This document shows positions 18,604-31,785 of a stretch of DNA of 32,000 nt, one piece after another. Made by a program: the position numbers and the translations under genes. Source of the DNA: Erysipelothrix inopinata (lineage in GTDB: Bacteria > Bacillota_I > Bacilli_A > Erysipelotrichales > Erysipelotrichaceae). The stretch covers positions 1,350,001 through 1,382,000 of the forward strand of contig NZ_CP060715.1 in assembly GCF_014396165.1 (NCBI RefSeq), given 5' to 3'. Position 1 is the first letter of the stretch. Each line of letters opens with the position of its first letter. Under the pieces are notes generated by a model. It saw only the letters and a list, made by a program, of their open reading frames with translations, had not been told where the DNA came from and did no database searches.

Positions 18604-19074
18604 ATGCATTATAATGAATGTGTTGAATTACTGAACCAAAGAGGGGTCGAATTAAACGACATTGTTGATTGTGTTATATTTCTACAGAAAGATTATGTCA
18701 AAGATATTGAAACTCTTGATATCTTGCATTATGTAAACAGTGTCTTGCACAAACGAGAAGTTCAACACGCTTTACTGACAGCAATTAATATTGATATTCA
18801 AGTTGAAAAGAAACAGTTTGGTAGTAAAGCAATTGAAGAAATAATTGCTACAGATATGGGGTTGTATGGTATTGATGAAGTTTTAGCCTATGGAATCTGT
18901 AATTTATACGGATCAATCGCGCTGACTAACTATGGTTATATCGACAAGGTTAAACCAGGAATTATTGGTGTTCTTAACGAAGATCACGAGAAACAATGTA
19001 ATACATTTTTAGATGATATTGTAGGAGCAATCGCTGCATCAGCAGCAAGCAAATTGGCTCATACTCAAGATTAA
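18604..19074 (+). CDS. Phosphatidylglycerophosphatase A family protein (B. subtilis YutG-like)
   Basis: KREVQHALLT, LYGIDEVLAYGICNLYGSIALTNYGYIDKVKPGI and TFLDDIVGAIAASAASKLAH match my recollection of the YutG/PgpA-like family. Confidence 0.75.
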   Translation: MHYNECVELLNQRGVELNDIVDCVIFLQKDYVKDIETLDILHYVNSVLHKREVQHALLTAINIDIQVEKKQFGSKAIEEIIATDMGLYGIDEVLAYGICNLYGSIALTNYGYIDKVKPGIIGVLNEDHEKQCNTFLDDIVGAIAASAASKLAHTQD

Positions 19075-19092
19075 ATAGGAAGGGGTATCGTA

Positions 19093-19782
19093 ATGGATTC
19101 GTTAGAACTTAATATAAAAAGGCTCTTAAAGCGTTTGGATGTTGATCGTGATGGCACGTTGCTGATTCATGAAGGTGAAAATGTTCCTTCGCACTATTCA
19201 AGAAGATACCTCAATATCTTCCTAAATATTATGCCAGAAGGAACGGTCTCTATTATGGGAGATTGTGATTTCAATCAATCCATTTATTCTATTGAAGAAA
19301 GCCCGTTTTTAAATAACCAAGAACGTATTGTTCTTTCAGCAGGGAAAATGCTTCAACTGATGACCTTAAAAGATGATTGTTATTTTGTAAACCATCCTTC
19401 ATTAATGATGGCGTCGATTGGTCACTATAGTCGTTTTTTTGCTAGACCGTTTGAGTTGGATTTCCCATACGGACCCGAATCCTTATTTAATGATCTGTAT
19501 GACCTTGATGCTACTATCCTTATAATAGGGAAGACTCATTCGATTTACGAAGCTAAATATTCTTATGCTTCAAGTCAAATGGTTTCTATTTGCAAAAATA
19601 CATGTCTTCAAGATCAAACATTAAAAAAATATCTAGATTACGATATCGATTTGGAACGTTTAACTAAACAAATATGGGAATCGCCATTGATGTTGTATGA
19701 AGAAATGGATGGACATAGAATTTACGGTATCTCATATCGAAAAATGATTGACTATCTTAGATTGCAAAATGATATTTACTAA
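19093..19782 (+). CDS. Divergent AAC(3)/YokD-like N-acetyltransferase-fold protein (function unknown)
   Basis: Collinear by eye with the AAC(3) family: L.RLDV..DGTLLIHEG (vs G.T.LVHSS), EGTVSIMG (vs EGT.VMP), and VNHPSLMMASIG....FPYGPESLFNDLYDLDATILIIGKTHS (vs SNHP...A.G.....G..SPL..L......VLLLG). About 30 aa shorter than typical members. Confidence 0.45.
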   Translation: MDSLELNIKRLLKRLDVDRDGTLLIHEGENVPSHYSRRYLNIFLNIMPEGTVSIMGDCDFNQSIYSIEESPFLNNQERIVLSAGKMLQLMTLKDDCYFVNHPSLMMASIGHYSRFFARPFELDFPYGPESLFNDLYDLDATILIIGKTHSIYEAKYSYASSQMVSICKNTCLQDQTLKKYLDYDIDLERLTKQIWESPLMLYEEMDGHRIYGISYRKMIDYLRLQNDIY

Positions 19783-19822
19783 AACACTTTCATATAGCGC
19801 ATAAGCATGTATAATAGATGTG

Positions 19823-19946
19823 TGAACAGGGGAGCCATTAGGCTGAGATTGAATTTCAAAAACCCTTATCACCTGATCTAGATCGAGCTAGCGTAGGGAG
19901 TTCAAGGTTATTTTTCCTTGCGCCTCATATATGGAGGTGTTTTTTT
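19823..19946 (+). promoter_or_regulatory. TPP (THI-box) riboswitch with SD-containing terminator hairpin, controlling thiT
   Basis: P1 is gaac...gttc. Conserved aggggagcc..ggctgaga, acccttatcacctgatctag and ctagcgtaggga elements are present. The hairpin cgcctc (19921-26)/gaggtg (19934-39) includes SD ggagg (19933-37) and is followed by U7 (19940-46). Confidence 0.9.
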
Positions 19947-20471
19947 ATGAAAACAAAGGATCTGGTTTTAATCGCAATGTATGTTGCGTTGTATGCTGTA
20001 TTGGAGTATGTATCCCGTTTTATAGGAATACTACAAATGCCACAAGGTGGAAGTGTTTCGCTAAGTGTTATTCCTTTAATACTTGCAAGTTATCATTTAG
20101 GGCTTGGTAAATCGTTAATTGTTGCAGTCCTATCATTTATTGTGAAGTTTATGATTAAAGCGCCTGTGATCATTCATCCGATTCAATTCTTGACGGATTA
20201 TATTGTAGCGTTTGGAGCTTATTCGCTTTCATCACTTATTCCTTCGCCAAAAGTTGGGAAAATAGAGTTGCCTCTAGGAGTTATCGTGGCAAACTTTGTA
20301 AGATTTATGTCTCATAACATTTCAGGGTGGGTTTTCTTTTCTGAGTACTATCCAGGAAACGTCTTTAAAGGTGTCATGATATACAATGCGACGTACATGA
20401 TTCCCACTACAATTTTAAGTTTTATTATTGTTATGATAATTAAACCAAGACTTCAAACACAATTTAAGTAA
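19947..20471 (+). CDS. thiT: Thiamine transporter ThiT (ECF-type S component)
   Basis: 174 aa, highly hydrophobic (about 6 TM segments), directly behind the TPP riboswitch. N-terminal LVLIAMYVALYAVL....GGSVSL pattern is typical of ThiT. Confidence 0.85.
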   Translation: MKTKDLVLIAMYVALYAVLEYVSRFIGILQMPQGGSVSLSVIPLILASYHLGLGKSLIVAVLSFIVKFMIKAPVIIHPIQFLTDYIVAFGAYSLSSLIPSPKVGKIELPLGVIVANFVRFMSHNISGWVFFSEYYPGNVFKGVMIYNATYMIPTTILSFIIVMIIKPRLQTQFK

Positions 20472-20533
20472 AACTTAATGTGATAGCAGTACTAAACTTG
20501 TGTATAATATAACATGAGATAGGAAGTGTCGCT

Positions 20534-21067
20534 GTGGTACCAAAAGTTGGAGAAGTCATCTATATACAAAGCTATAAACATGATGGGTCACTACATAGGA
20601 CTTGGTCAAGTGGAACAGTTTTAGATGTTGATGATGAAAAAGTAGTGTTAATTACTTACAAAACATGGGTTGTTGAATCAGACGGTAGACGCTGGTTTAC
20701 ACGAGAACCCGCAATTTGTTTTTATTATTTCGATCGTTGGTATAACGTTATCTCAATGATTAGGAATAAAGGAGTCTACTATTATTGCAATCTTGCTTCA
20801 CCTAATGTCTTTGACGGCGAAGCACTCAAGAATATTGATTATGATTTAGATGTGAAAGTGTTCCCTGACGGGAAGTGCATTCTCTTAGATGAAGATGAAT
20901 TCTTAGTTCATCAAAAGAAAATGAACTATCCTTCTGAAATCATAGAGATTGTTACTGAAGAAAAAGATCGACTCATGTGGCTTGCAAAGACAAAAGGCTA
21001 TCCATTTGATGATGAAATCATTCATGATTATTTCGATAAATACTTCTCAGTAAAAGAATTTAAATAA
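20534..21067 (+). CDS. DUF402 / UPF0374 family protein (YgaC/Ntdp-like nucleoside tri-/diphosphatase)
   Basis: IQSYKHDGSLHRTW....YYYCNLASP....IDYDLDVKVFPDG is characteristic of Firmicute DUF402 proteins. GTG start with aggaag SD. Confidence 0.85.
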   Translation: MVPKVGEVIYIQSYKHDGSLHRTWSSGTVLDVDDEKVVLITYKTWVVESDGRRWFTREPAICFYYFDRWYNVISMIRNKGVYYYCNLASPNVFDGEALKNIDYDLDVKVFPDGKCILLDEDEFLVHQKKMNYPSEIIEIVTEEKDRLMWLAKTKGYPFDDEIIHDYFDKYFSVKEFK

Positions 21068-21097
21068 AATGACGGAAGTTGTTGACTTCCGTCATTT
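21067..21097 (+). terminator. Stem-loop terminator after the DUF402 gene (13-bp stem, weak U-tract)
   Basis: aaatgacggaagt (21067-79), loop tgttg, acttccgtcattt (21085-97). Confidence 0.65.
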
Positions 21098-21110
21098 ATC
21101 ATTGTATGAT
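21082..21110 (+). promoter_or_regulatory. rRNA operon promoter
   Basis: TTGACT (21082-87), exact 17-nt spacer, TATGAT (21105-10), about 120 nt upstream of the 16S 5' end. Confidence 0.6.
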
Positions 21111-21232
21111 AATAAGGCATTCAGGAAATAACGAATGCAACGGTCTTTGAAAACTGAACAGGAAACGTCAATTTCAAGTAAATAAAAACAAAACAAAACA
21201 AACTCGTCAGAGTTAAAAAAATGAGAAAGAAT

Positions 21233-22775
<1,543 letters not shown>

Positions 22776-23065
22776 AAGGAGTAATATTTTAGAAAGACGT
22801 GAAATTGACAAAATAGTTTCCTGTTTAGTTTTGAGAGGCTGTAAGCATCTCAGAAATGAATGATCTTTGAAAACTGAATAACAGAAGAGATAGATAGACA
22901 TTAAAAGTTATCAACAGAATATCTTTTCGAATAGTTGTAATAACTAGATTTACATCAAGTTAAACAAACAGTAACTTAAGCAATAAAAAAATAAGCGAAC
23001 ACACGTTTATCAAGCGATAAACATAAAAAACTGATTTTAAATAGATCAGGCGCGAAATTACATGT

Positions 23066-25971
<2,906 letters not shown>

Positions 25972-26048
25972 CACAAAGACAACATTCGAAAAGATATCGA
26001 AATTTCTGTTATTCAGTTTTGAGAGATTATCTCTCAGCAATGCCAGGA

Positions 26049-26162
26049 TCTGGTGATTCTAGCGAAGTGGTCACACCTGTTCCCATCTCGAACACAGAAG
26101 TTAAGCACTTTAGCGGCGACAATATCTAGCCCAGCGCTAGTGAAGATAGCTCATTGCCAGGT
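26049..26162 (+). rRNA. rrf: 5S ribosomal RNA
   Basis: CTGGTGATTCTAGCGAAGTGGTCACACCTGTTCCCATCTCGAACACAGAAGTTAAGC. Helix I closes with TCATTGCCAG. Ends are approximate. Confidence 0.9.
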
Positions 26163-26166
26163 AATT

Positions 26167-26192
26167 AGACATCCTTATGGATGTCTTTTTTT
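26167..26192 (+). terminator. rRNA operon terminator
   Basis: agacatcc-ttat-ggatgtct followed by ttttttt. Confidence 0.85.
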
Positions 26193-26404
26193 ATGTCTTC
26201 TTGTAAATTTATAAGATAAAACCTGTTTTCTATCAATTAGAGAACTGTAATGTATGAATTGATAGCTGATTCACATGTTTATATTAAATTGTTGCGATTG
26301 TTTAATGCATGATACGTATAATCTTGGTATAATAATGGAGTAGTGAAAGTTTATAATTGAAATATTAATGGCAACATTGAGTTTCAAATGTAGGAGGAAA
26401 TTTA

Positions 26405-27478
26405 ATGATAGAAGTCAAAAACTTGAGGAAAGTATTTGATAATGGCTTTGAAGCGCTCAAGAGTGTAAACTTTGAAATTGAAAAAGGAGACTTAGTATGT
26501 CTTCTTGGACCTTCAGGATGTGGTAAAACTACTATTCTGAACCTGATTGCTGGATTATTAGATCCAACCGATGGAGATATATTGTTTAATGGGGAAACTG
26601 TTGTCGATAAACACCCTAAAGACCGTGATATTGGTTTTGTATTCCAAAACTATGCATTGTATCCACATATGACAGTATTAGAGAACGTTATGTTCCCATT
26701 AAGAGTTGGTAGCAAGAAAATACCTAAAGAGGAAGCAGAAGTCATTGCCCGTAAGTTTATGGCTCTTACAAGTATTGAAGAACTTGAAAATAAAAAACCA
26801 GGTACGATGTCTGGAGGACAACAACAACGTGTTGCGATTACACGTGCTTTAGTACAAAATCCAAATGTCTTATTACTGGATGAACCACTCAGTAATCTTG
26901 ACGCACGTCTTCGTTTGAAAATTCGTGAAGAAATTCGTCGTCTCGTAAAAGAAGTTGGAATTACAACTATCTTTGTTACCCATGACCAAGAAGAAGCATT
27001 ATCCATTAGTGATAAAATTGTTCTTATGGATCAAGGTGTAATTCAACAACATGATATACCACAAAATTTATATTTAGAACCTAAAAATTTATTCGTAGCT
27101 AAGTTTATTGGTAACCCAGTTATTAATATTATTCCAGTTGAAGTGAAGAATGGAAAAATTGTTGCGGATTCATTCGAATTTGATAGAACAAATCTAGTAG
27201 CAGATCGTTTTAAAGGTGAAATGCCAGATGGTCATTACCAAATTGGGATTCGTCCTGAGGATGTTCTAATTAATAGTGAAAGCCCATTGTTCTCTGTCAA
27301 TACAGAAACAGTTGAACTAATTGGCCGTGAACGTATTTTAAACTTTAGTTTAAATGAACTTCATGCAAAATCAATTGTTCCTATTGAAGAACAAATCGAT
27401 GAAGGAGATACAATTTCATGTAGTTTTAACTACTCCCGTATGTTTATCTTTGATGAAAATGGCGAGAGGGTTTACTAA
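26405..27478 (+). CDS. ABC transporter ATP-binding protein, MalK/UgpC/MsmK type
   Basis: Walker A GPSGCGKTT, Q-loop, signature MSGGQQQRV, Walker B LLLDEPLSNLD, H-loop VTHDQ, and a C-terminal TOBE-like regulatory domain. Confidence 0.93.
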   Translation: MIEVKNLRKVFDNGFEALKSVNFEIEKGDLVCLLGPSGCGKTTILNLIAGLLDPTDGDILFNGETVVDKHPKDRDIGFVFQNYALYPHMTVLENVMFPLRVGSKKIPKEEAEVIARKFMALTSIEELENKKPGTMSGGQQQRVAITRALVQNPNVLLLDEPLSNLDARLRLKIREEIRRLVKEVGITTIFVTHDQEEALSISDKIVLMDQGVIQQHDIPQNLYLEPKNLFVAKFIGNPVINIIPVEVKNGKIVADSFEFDRTNLVADRFKGEMPDGHYQIGIRPEDVLINSESPLFSVNTETVELIGRERILNFSLNELHAKSIVPIEEQIDEGDTISCSFNYSRMFIFDENGERVY

Positions 27479-28362
27479 TGAAACGCTTCCACAAGTACAG
27501 TGCTGAAAATCAACCTAAAGCATGGCTTTATTTAATGCCAGCAATGATTATTGTAACTATGTTTACAATCTATCCGTTGTTCCGCTCTTTTTGGTTGTCT
27601 TTTCAAAAAGGTAGTTTACTAAGACTGTCATTTACTGGATTAGATAACTATAAAACTGTATTAACCGATCCTGTATTTCACACAGCAATGAAGAATACTT
27701 CAATTTATGCCTTTATTGTTGTTCCTATTGCATTGATTATATCGTTAGTCATTTCATGGCTTATTTTTGAAAAAATTAAACATAAAAATTTCTTCGAAAC
27801 AACATTCTTTATTCCTTATGTTACAAGTACATTAGCAATTGGGATTGTGTTTAGATATTTGTTTAATGGTGATTATGGTATTATTAACCACTTGTTATCT
27901 TTTTTTGGAATACCAGGTGTTAACTGGCTTAATAGCACTTCAACAAGTGTAACAACACTAATTATCTTTGGTGTTTGGTCAGGACTTGCCTTCAACATCA
28001 TTATTCTGTTAGCAGGATTAAGAAATATTAATCCTGAATACTATAAAGTTGCGGATATGTTTGGCGCTACAAAATGGGAACAATTTAAAAAGATTACCAT
28101 GCCACAACTCATCCCAACAGTTACGTTCTTATTAACTGTAAACTTTATTGGTGCCTTTAAAGTATACTCGCAAGTTTATGCTTTATTTGGAGGAACTGCA
28201 GGTGTAGCGAATAGTGCTTCAACCGCAGTATTCTATATTTATGATAAGTTCCATGTTGCTGGACGTCCTGGTATCGCGATGGCTGCAACAGTAATCCTCT
28301 TCGTAGTGATTCTTATCTTTACATTCATTCAAAATAAATTGATAAAGAAAGTTGAGAATTAA
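27478..28362 (+). CDS. CUT1-type ABC transporter permease (MalF/UgpA-like)
   Basis: 294 aa, 6 hydrophobic segments, EAA-loop region YKVADMFGATKWEQFKKITMPQL. The ATG overlaps the upstream stop (TAATG). Confidence 0.9.
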   Translation: MKRFHKYSAENQPKAWLYLMPAMIIVTMFTIYPLFRSFWLSFQKGSLLRLSFTGLDNYKTVLTDPVFHTAMKNTSIYAFIVVPIALIISLVISWLIFEKIKHKNFFETTFFIPYVTSTLAIGIVFRYLFNGDYGIINHLLSFFGIPGVNWLNSTSTSVTTLIIFGVWSGLAFNIIILLAGLRNINPEYYKVADMFGATKWEQFKKITMPQLIPTVTFLLTVNFIGAFKVYSQVYALFGGTAGVANSASTAVFYIYDKFHVAGRPGIAMAATVILFVVILIFTFIQNKLIKKVEN

Positions 28363-28363
28363 C

Positions 28364-29182
28364 ATGAAACGTTTTATTAATATTATTTCAATAATCTTTA
28401 TTTCTTTACTGGCTATTATGACAGTATTCCCTTTTATCTACATGGTATTAGCGGGACTCATGACATATCAAGAAGCAACAAGTATTCCGCCAACATTTTG
28501 GCCTCAAGTTCTGAATTTCTCGAACTATGCTGAAGTGTTTGAGAAGGCTCCATTTGTTCGTTACTTCTTTAACACAGTATTTGTTTCATTGATTACAACG
28601 GCAGGAATCTTGATTACATCAGTACTTGCTGCATTCGCTCTTGTAAAACTTGAGTTTAAGCAAAAAGGTCTTGTACTGACAATTATGATTTCACTATTGA
28701 TGATTCCTTACGAATCCATAGTCTTTACAAACTATCAAACCATCGCGAGAATGGGACTTCTTAATACGTATTACGCTTTGATTATTCCATCACTTGCAAG
28801 TGTTTTCTACATTTATTACTTACAAGGTTACTTAAAGAGTATTCCAAGTTCGTATTATAAAGCAGCAAAAATTGATGGTTGTACTGATCTTGAGTTTATT
28901 CGTAAAATTATGATTCCACTTGCAAAACCTGCACTTGTTACTGTAGGAATTCTAAGCTTTATTTCAGGTTGGAACTCATTCCTATGGCCATTGCTCGTTA
29001 CTAACGATAGTAAATATCGACTATTAAATAACGGTCTTGCAGCCTTTACTTCAGAAAGTGGTAGTGATGTTCACTTGCAAATGGCAGCTGCTACACTTAC
29101 CATTATTCCAATTCTGATCGTCTATTTTGTATTTAGAAAAGAAATTATTCGAGGAGTATCAAAAAATGGTATTAAAGGATAA
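28364..29182 (+). CDS. CUT1-type ABC transporter permease (MalG/UgpE-like)
   Basis: EAA-loop YKAAKIDGCTDLEFIRKIMIPLAKP and 6 hydrophobic segments. ATG 28364 is 2 nt after the upstream stop; the track start is TTG 28352. Confidence 0.9.
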   Translation: MKRFINIISIIFISLLAIMTVFPFIYMVLAGLMTYQEATSIPPTFWPQVLNFSNYAEVFEKAPFVRYFFNTVFVSLITTAGILITSVLAAFALVKLEFKQKGLVLTIMISLLMIPYESIVFTNYQTIARMGLLNTYYALIIPSLASVFYIYYLQGYLKSIPSSYYKAAKIDGCTDLEFIRKIMIPLAKPALVTVGILSFISGWNSFLWPLLVTNDSKYRLLNNGLAAFTSESGSDVHLQMAAATLTIIPILIVYFVFRKEIIRGVSKNGIKG

Positions 29183-30446
29183 AAAAACTAAGATAACATT
29201 CCACAGTGGTATGATGACTATTGGGGGTACAGTTATCGAAGTTGCTTATGAAGATGCACATATCTTCTTTGACTTTGGTACTGAATTTAAACCAGAGCTT
29301 AATTTAAAAAACGAATCATTAGAAGAACTTCTTGAATATCGTCTCGTACCTCATCTTGAGGGTATGTATGATCAGAACTTTGGTTATGTTTACCCAAATG
29401 AATCAACCGGAACTTATAACCACACTGCTGTGTTTGTGAGTCATTGTCATTTGGATCATACAAGAATGTTGAACTACTTGGATCAATCCATTCCACTCTA
29501 TGCCCTTAAAGAAACAAAGGTGTTAGTAGAAAGTCTCAATGCGAAAAATGACTTCCTCTTACCAAATGCACATTTGAAGGATACGTATACTCGTGATATC
29601 ATTGGATGTGAGAACCATGAAGTTATTCAGGTTGGAGATATTAAAGTAGAATTAAGTCGTGTTGATCATGATGCATATGGCGCATGCGGACTACTGATTC
29701 AAACTCCAGACCTAAAAATTGCTTATACAGGTGATTTAAGACTTCACGGATTTGATGTAGAAGATTCATTAAACTTCTGCGAACAAGCGCGTGATACAGA
29801 TGTATTAATTATCGAAGGTGTATCAATCAGTTTTCCAGAGGATCCATCTCGTAATTTAAATCGTATAAATAGCGAACAAGATTTATTAAACCGAATTTTA
29901 GATATTGTTGATACAAACCCAGATAAGCAAATAACATTTAATTGCTATCCTGGTAATGTTAAGCGTATTGCGGAAATCGTGAAATCAAGTCCACGAGAAG
30001 TGGTCCTTGAAGCATCGTTTGCGTATATACTTAAAGAATGTTTAGATATGAATTGTAAATATTATATTCACGATTTTAAATCAGATAAACTCGATCCAAA
30101 ACTCGAAGTTAATTATCAAGATTTAATCGCAGACGAAGGTCGTTATTTATGGCAGGCTGTATCTAATTTTGAAAATCTTAAAGGAGGTGGTATCTACATC
30201 CATAGCGACGCAACACCGCTTGGAGAGTTCGATCCAGCATATTTACCATTTATTGAATTGTTGAAGAGTCACAATGTTGAATTCGTAAGAATTGCATGTT
30301 CAGGTCATGCATTCCCAGAAGATTTAAATAAGATTGTGAACTTAATTCAACCGAAACTGCTCGTTCCGATTCATTCATTAAGACCCGATCTTTTAGAGAA
30401 TGAACACGGTGAACGACTATTACCTGAAAGAGGACAAGTTATCTAG
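29166..30446 (+). CDS. Cytoplasmic metallo-beta-lactamase-fold hydrolase with RNase J-like beta-CASP architecture
   Basis: HCHLDH (HxHxDH), VDHDAYG, YTGDL, IIEG, CSGHA and PIHS occur in the order of MBL motifs 2-4 and beta-CASP A-C. No signal peptide. ATG 29166 follows gaggag with a 9-nt spacer and overlaps the permease 3' end by 17 nt. Confidence 0.75.
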   Translation: MVLKDKKTKITFHSGMMTIGGTVIEVAYEDAHIFFDFGTEFKPELNLKNESLEELLEYRLVPHLEGMYDQNFGYVYPNESTGTYNHTAVFVSHCHLDHTRMLNYLDQSIPLYALKETKVLVESLNAKNDFLLPNAHLKDTYTRDIIGCENHEVIQVGDIKVELSRVDHDAYGACGLLIQTPDLKIAYTGDLRLHGFDVEDSLNFCEQARDTDVLIIEGVSISFPEDPSRNLNRINSEQDLLNRILDIVDTNPDKQITFNCYPGNVKRIAEIVKSSPREVVLEASFAYILKECLDMNCKYYIHDFKSDKLDPKLEVNYQDLIADEGRYLWQAVSNFENLKGGGIYIHSDATPLGEFDPAYLPFIELLKSHNVEFVRIACSGHAFPEDLNKIVNLIQPKLLVPIHSLRPDLLENEHGERLLPERGQVI

Positions 30447-30461
30447 AGGAGAATACATAAA

Positions 30462-31727
30462 ATGAAAAAGTATTTAGTAGCTTTACTAGCAGTATTTATG
30501 TTAGTTGGATGTTCTAATAAAGGATCAGGATCATCTGACGATACAATCATTGATAAAGTACCAGAAGGAACAGAAATCACATTCTGGCACGCAATGAATG
30601 GTGGACAAGAAAAATCATTAACAGAGTTAACTGAGCAATTTATGGCTGAAAATAAGAATATTAAAGTTGTATTACAAAATCAAACAAAATATCCTGATTT
30701 ACAAGCAAAAATTAATGCAACAGTTACATCACCAAAAGACTTACCTACAATGACTCAAGGTTATCCAAACTGGTTCTGGAGTATTTCAGAAGAAAACATG
30801 CTTGTTGACTTACAACCATACATGGATCACAAGACGATTGGTATCGCTGACAAAGATGATATTGTAAAAGTATTCTTAGATGGTGCTAAAATTCATGATA
30901 AACAATATGGAATGCCTTTCAACAAATCAACTGAAGTTCTATACTACAACGAAGGTATGCTAAAAGAATACGGTGTTGAAGTTCCAAAAACAATGGAAGA
31001 ACTTGCAGCAGCATCAAAAACAATTTATGAAAAATCAAATGGTGAAGTTGTTGGAGCTGGTTTCGATTCATTAAATAACTACTACGTTATTGGTATGAAA
31101 AACGAAGGTGTTGAATTCAACAAAGATGTAGATATTACAAGCCCACAAAGTGAAAAAGTAGCTCAATACTACCATGATGGTATTAAAGAAGGTTACTTCC
31201 AAATTGCAAATAAAGGTGAATATCTTTCAGCTGTATTTGGAAATGGTAAAATTGCTATGAACATTGGTTCAATGGCAGGGGAATCACACGTTAAAAAAGC
31301 TATCGAAGGAAAAAATATCGAATACGGTGTTGCTCCACGTCCAAGTGTGAAAAACTTACAACAAGGTACTGACTTATACATGTTTGCGGAAGCTACACCA
31401 GAACAACGTTCTGCAGCATTCCAATACATGAAATTCTTAGTATCTAAAGAATCACAAATGAAATTTGCTTTAGACACAGGTTACATGCCTGCACGTACAT
31501 CAGTATTCAATGATGACAAATACAAGAACACTACAGATTCTAAGATTCCAGCAATCATTGGTAACACATTAGATAATCTCTTTGCTTTACCAGTAGTTGA
31601 AAACTCAGATCCTGCATACCAATCATCACGTAATATCATGGAAAAAATTCTTTCAGATAAAAACGCTGATGTGAAAAAAGTTCTTGAAGGTTCAAAAGCT
31701 GAATTTGAAGCAACTTGGAAACAATAG
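30462..31727 (+). CDS. ABC transporter substrate-binding lipoprotein (solute-binding family 1)
   Basis: Signal peptide with lipobox LVGC (MKKYLVALLAVFMLVGCSN), 421 aa, last gene of the ABC operon. Confidence 0.9.
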   Translation: MKKYLVALLAVFMLVGCSNKGSGSSDDTIIDKVPEGTEITFWHAMNGGQEKSLTELTEQFMAENKNIKVVLQNQTKYPDLQAKINATVTSPKDLPTMTQGYPNWFWSISEENMLVDLQPYMDHKTIGIADKDDIVKVFLDGAKIHDKQYGMPFNKSTEVLYYNEGMLKEYGVEVPKTMEELAAASKTIYEKSNGEVVGAGFDSLNNYYVIGMKNEGVEFNKDVDITSPQSEKVAQYYHDGIKEGYFQIANKGEYLSAVFGNGKIAMNIGSMAGESHVKKAIEGKNIEYGVAPRPSVKNLQQGTDLYMFAEATPEQRSAAFQYMKFLVSKESQMKFALDTGYMPARTSVFNDDKYKNTTDSKIPAIIGNTLDNLFALPVVENSDPAYQSSRNIMEKILSDKNADVKKVLEGSKAEFEATWKQ

Positions 31728-31751
31728 TTTCATAACATTATTTATACATTT

Positions 31752-31785
31752 AAGACAGATAAGTACAATTATCTGTCTTTTATTA
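31752..31785 (+). terminator. Rho-independent terminator of the ABC operon
   Basis: aagacagata (31752-61), 8-nt loop, tatctgtctt (31770-79), then ttttatt. Confidence 0.8.

Noticed and set aside
22776-23065. Possible tRNA-Ile/tRNA-Ala genes in the 16S-23S spacer
   Set aside because: No GGTTCGAATCC-like T-arm or acceptor stem is visible. The spacer is AT-rich and is explained by the processing-stem halves.
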